Notes under the pieces: model-generated
What the model was told of the DNA's origin: nothing
What the model saw: only the letters and a program-made list of their open reading frames with translations
Database searches by the model: none
Shown here: piece by piece, positions 61,003-64,000 of the stretch
Position numbering within the stretch: position 1 is the first letter of the stretch
Layout: each line of letters starts with the position of its first letter
NCBI GenBank assembly: GCA_965206645.1
Contig: CBDBKE010000001.1
Location: 224,001-288,000 of the forward strand
DNA length: 64,000 bases
DNA from: Terriglobia bacterium
Lineage (GTDB): Bacteria; Acidobacteriota; Terriglobia; JAJPHL01; JAPKYU01
Reading direction: 5' to 3'
Made by a program: the position numbers and the translations under genes

Positions 61003-61293
61003 ATGTTAAAGCGTGTCGTTCATCCCGGGGAGATTCTGAAAGACGAGCTTGCGGAACTGGGCGTGACCCCAACGACGTTCGCGCGCCAGATCAATGTGCC
61101 GCCGAACCGGGTCAGCCAGATTATCGCCGGCAAGCGTTCCGTGACCGGCGACACCGCCCTGCGGTTCGGGCACTGGTTCGGAGTCGATCCTCAATTCTGG
61201 CTGAACCTCCAGACGCAATTCGATCTCGTCGTCGCCGACCAGCGAGTTGGAGCGTCCGTGCGTGAATTGCCGGTCGCGCCGCAAGCGACGTAA
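61003..61293 (+). CDS. higA: HigA antitoxin
   Basis: HPGEIL, GKRSVTGDTALR and FWLNLQ motifs. Confidence 0.93.
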   Translation: MLKRVVHPGEILKDELAELGVTPTTFARQINVPPNRVSQIIAGKRSVTGDTALRFGHWFGVDPQFWLNLQTQFDLVVADQRVGASVRELPVAPQAT

Positions 61294-61374
61294 TTACCGC
61301 CTGCTGTCGGTGTTTGTCTCTCCGAGGTATCACTGGGTGCAAGCGGGGAGCCGTTTGACAGGAGGAGTTCGGGT

Positions 61375-62484
61375 ATGGCGGGTGAGTGGTGTAGGTATAA
61401 CGTCAGTGAATTGATCGAGAAAGAGGCCCTTGCTATTGGGGATGGCTACCGAGCAAAAAATGCGGAACTTTCACGCACTGGTCTCCCGTTTGCGAGAGCA
61501 AGCAATATTGGAAATGGATTTCACTTTTCTGACGCTGACTGCTTTCCTGAGGATCATACGTACAAGCTTGGCGAAAAGATTAGCCGACCCGGCGATGTTG
61601 TGTTTACGTCTAAGGGAACGGTTGGTCGATTTGCCTTCGTAAGAGAGGAAACTCCGCGTTTTGTCTATTCGCCACAACTCTGCTATTGGAGACCTCTAGA
61701 CAAAGAGATCCTAGACGCACGCTTCCTCTATTACTGGATGGCAAGCCGCGAATTCCTCTTGCAAGTCAAGAGTGTTGCCAGCCAGACCGATATGGCGGAA
61801 TACGTTAGTCTTCGGGATCAGCGCCAAATGCACATCACTGCTCCGCCCCCCCCCGAACAACGCGCCATCTCCCACATCCTGGGCACGCTGGACGACAAGA
61901 TCGAGTTGAACCGGCGAATGAACGAGACGCTCGAAGCAATGTCGCGGGCGCTGTTCAAGTCCTGGTTTGTCGATTTCGACCCCGTTCGCGCCAAGATGGA
62001 AGGCCACGACCCCGGTCTGCCCCAACACATCGCCGACCTCTTCCCCGACCGGCTTGTGGAGTCCGAGCTCGGCCAAATTCCCGAGGGGTGGGAGGTAAAG
62101 ACACTTGGAAGCGTTGCGGATAATCCGAGGCGAGGAGTTCGGGCACAGGAAATCGATCCTGGAACACCCTACATCGCACTTGAGCACATGCCGAAGCAGT
62201 GCATCGCGCTTTCAGAATGGGGCACTGCTGATGACGTATCTAGCGGTAAATTCGAGTTCACACGAGGCGACATTCTGTTTGGCAAGCTTCGCCCATACTT
62301 CCACAAAGTGGGCATTGCCCCACTACAGGGAGTCTGCTCAACCGATATTGTCGTCATTTCGCCAGTCTCTCATGACTGGTTCGGCTTCATTCTCGGCCAC
62401 GTATCCAGCTCAGAGTTCGTCGATTACACGAGCGCCGGATCCACAGGAACGAAGATGCCGCGCACCAAGTGGAGCGATATGGCC
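61375..62484 (+). pseudogene. hsdS: Type I RM specificity subunit truncated by IS30
   Basis: TRD1, then PPPEQRAI..ILGTLDDKIELNRRMNETLE and IPEGW; TRD2 is cut after GTKMPR. Confidence 0.88.
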
Positions 62485-63129
62485 GGTGGTCTCAACCCAT
62501 CGACGCAACACTTTGCCTTGAAAGGAGGAGGTGGAGTGTATGCGGATGAAGCAAAGAGCTCGTCGCGGTTACACGCTGGCGGAACTGGAGGAGGTGTGGG
62601 ATCGGTGGAAACGAGGGGAGTCGCTCAAGTCGATTGGACGAGTGTTTTGTAAGCAGCCATCGTCTGTTTACCATCAGCTTGCTCCGTACGGAGGCATCCG
62701 TCCTCGGCCACCACGCCGTTCATGTTGGGCACTGACGTTGTCGGAGCGCGAAGAGATCTCTCGAGGCATTGCGGCACATCAATCGATACGATCCATCGCC
62801 GGGTTGCTGGGTCGCTCACCATCGACGGTGAGCCGGGAGATTCGGCGGAATGGCGGCGATAATGACTATCGAGCAGCGGAGGCCGATGAGCAAGCCGGGG
62901 AGAGGGCCCGCCGGCCGAAGCGGTGTCAGCTGGTCAAGCATCCACAACTACGACGGGTAGTGGCCAGAAAGCTCAGCATAAACTGGTCGCCTGAGCAGAT
63001 CGCCAGCTGGCTGAAACGAGCCTATCCGAAGGATCCGTCCTATCACGTGTCTCACGAGACCATCTACCGCAGCCTGTTTGTTCAAGCCCGCGGTGCGCTG
63101 AAGGCAGAGCTGATGCAGCATCTGCGGTC
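62485..63129 (+). mobile_element. IS30-family element, 5' part, interrupted by IS3 (transposase fragment from 62540)
   Basis: End GGTGGTCTCAACC...GCAACAC; LTLSEREEI, GRSPSTVSREI, WSPEQI and SHETIY motifs. Confidence 0.88.
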
Positions 63130-64000
63130 TGACCAGACCGATTTTTTGTACCAACCGTAGTGAGAGTTTACATCGCAGCCTGGGGCTGTGAAACTGGTTT
63201 CAGTGGCAGGGGAGGGCTATAGGCCCCCGGCGCCGGGGGCCTATAGCCGAGCGCCGAGTGCGGCCGCACCGTGTTGTATTGCACCCTCCACTGTTCAATC
63301 ACCACCTGTGCCTCCTTCAACGAGTAGAAGATCTCTCCATTCAGGCATTCGTCCCGCAGCTTCCCATTGAAACTCTCGCAGTACCCGTTCTCCCAGGGAC
63401 TGCCCGGTTCGATGTACAGTGTCCCGGTCCCTAGATTTGCCAACCACTGGCGCAGTTGTTTGGCGATGAACTCGGGACCATTGTCGGATCGAATCTGTTC
63501 CGGTATCCCTCGCCACAACATCACGTCCGACAACGCCTCAATGATTTGTTGGCTGCCCATCCTCCGCTCCACCCGGATCGCCAGGCATTCCCGCGTGTAC
63601 TCATCCAGCAAGGTCAGCAGCCGCAGCGTTCTCCCCTCGTGCGTTCTGGCACTCATGAAGTCGTAGCTCCACACGTGGTTCGGTCGCTCCGGCCTCAGTC
63701 GTACACAGGAACCGTCGTTCAGCCACAGCCGTCCTCGCGGCCATGAAGTTAGCTGTTTTTCCGGCGGCACTCGTTCAGCCCTTCCCGCCGCCAAATCCGC
63801 TGCACCCGGTCCTTGCCCACTTCCCAGCCCGCACTCCGCAGCAACGCTGTGATCCTCCGGTAGCCATATCGCCCGTACTTCGCTCCCAGGGCAATGATCG
63901 CTCGGGTCAGAGCATCCTCGTCCACCCGATGAATCGGCTCGTATCGTTGTGTCCCTCGCCATTGCCCCAGCAGCCGGCAGGCATGCCGTTCCGACAACCC
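63130..64000 (-). mobile_element. IS3-family element, copy C (partial; orfB frameshifted near 63743-63775)
   Basis: Same IR as at 364; near-identical to copy A. Confidence 0.92.

Larger units (their letters stand above)
51264..64000. mobile_element. Integrative (mobilizable) element / defence island; right end outside the window
   Basis: att site, integrase, Xis, VirB11, T4CP, TA modules and type I RM genes. Confidence 0.75.

Noticed and set aside
62485-62652. Gly-rich C-terminal extension of HsdS
   Set aside because: It is read-through into the IS30 end.

Overview
GC-rich bacterial chromosome, most likely Acidobacteriota (TIGR03437-type surface protein, DUF1501 + DUF1549/DUF1553 pair, TPR-secretin). 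A core-like middle region (fabH, ferredoxin, cysS, galT, YraN, tRNA-Gly/tRNA-Cys) is flanked by heavily disturbed accessory regions. These contain nested IS3, IS1182, IS1380, IS5 and IS30 elements, a sugar-catabolism cluster, many gene fragments and frameshifts, and a 1423-aa topoisomerase III-RecQ-HRDC fusion. From about 51.26 kb an integrative element carries a tyrosine integrase, Xis, a VirB11-like ATPase, a coupling protein, two related palindromic modules, VapBC, HigBA and a type I RM hsdM/hsdS pair. Its tRNA-Val-derived att site is fused to a tRNA-like sequence inside an IS1182 copy. No CRISPR array or rRNA was seen. All product calls come from motif recognition by eye, not database searches.
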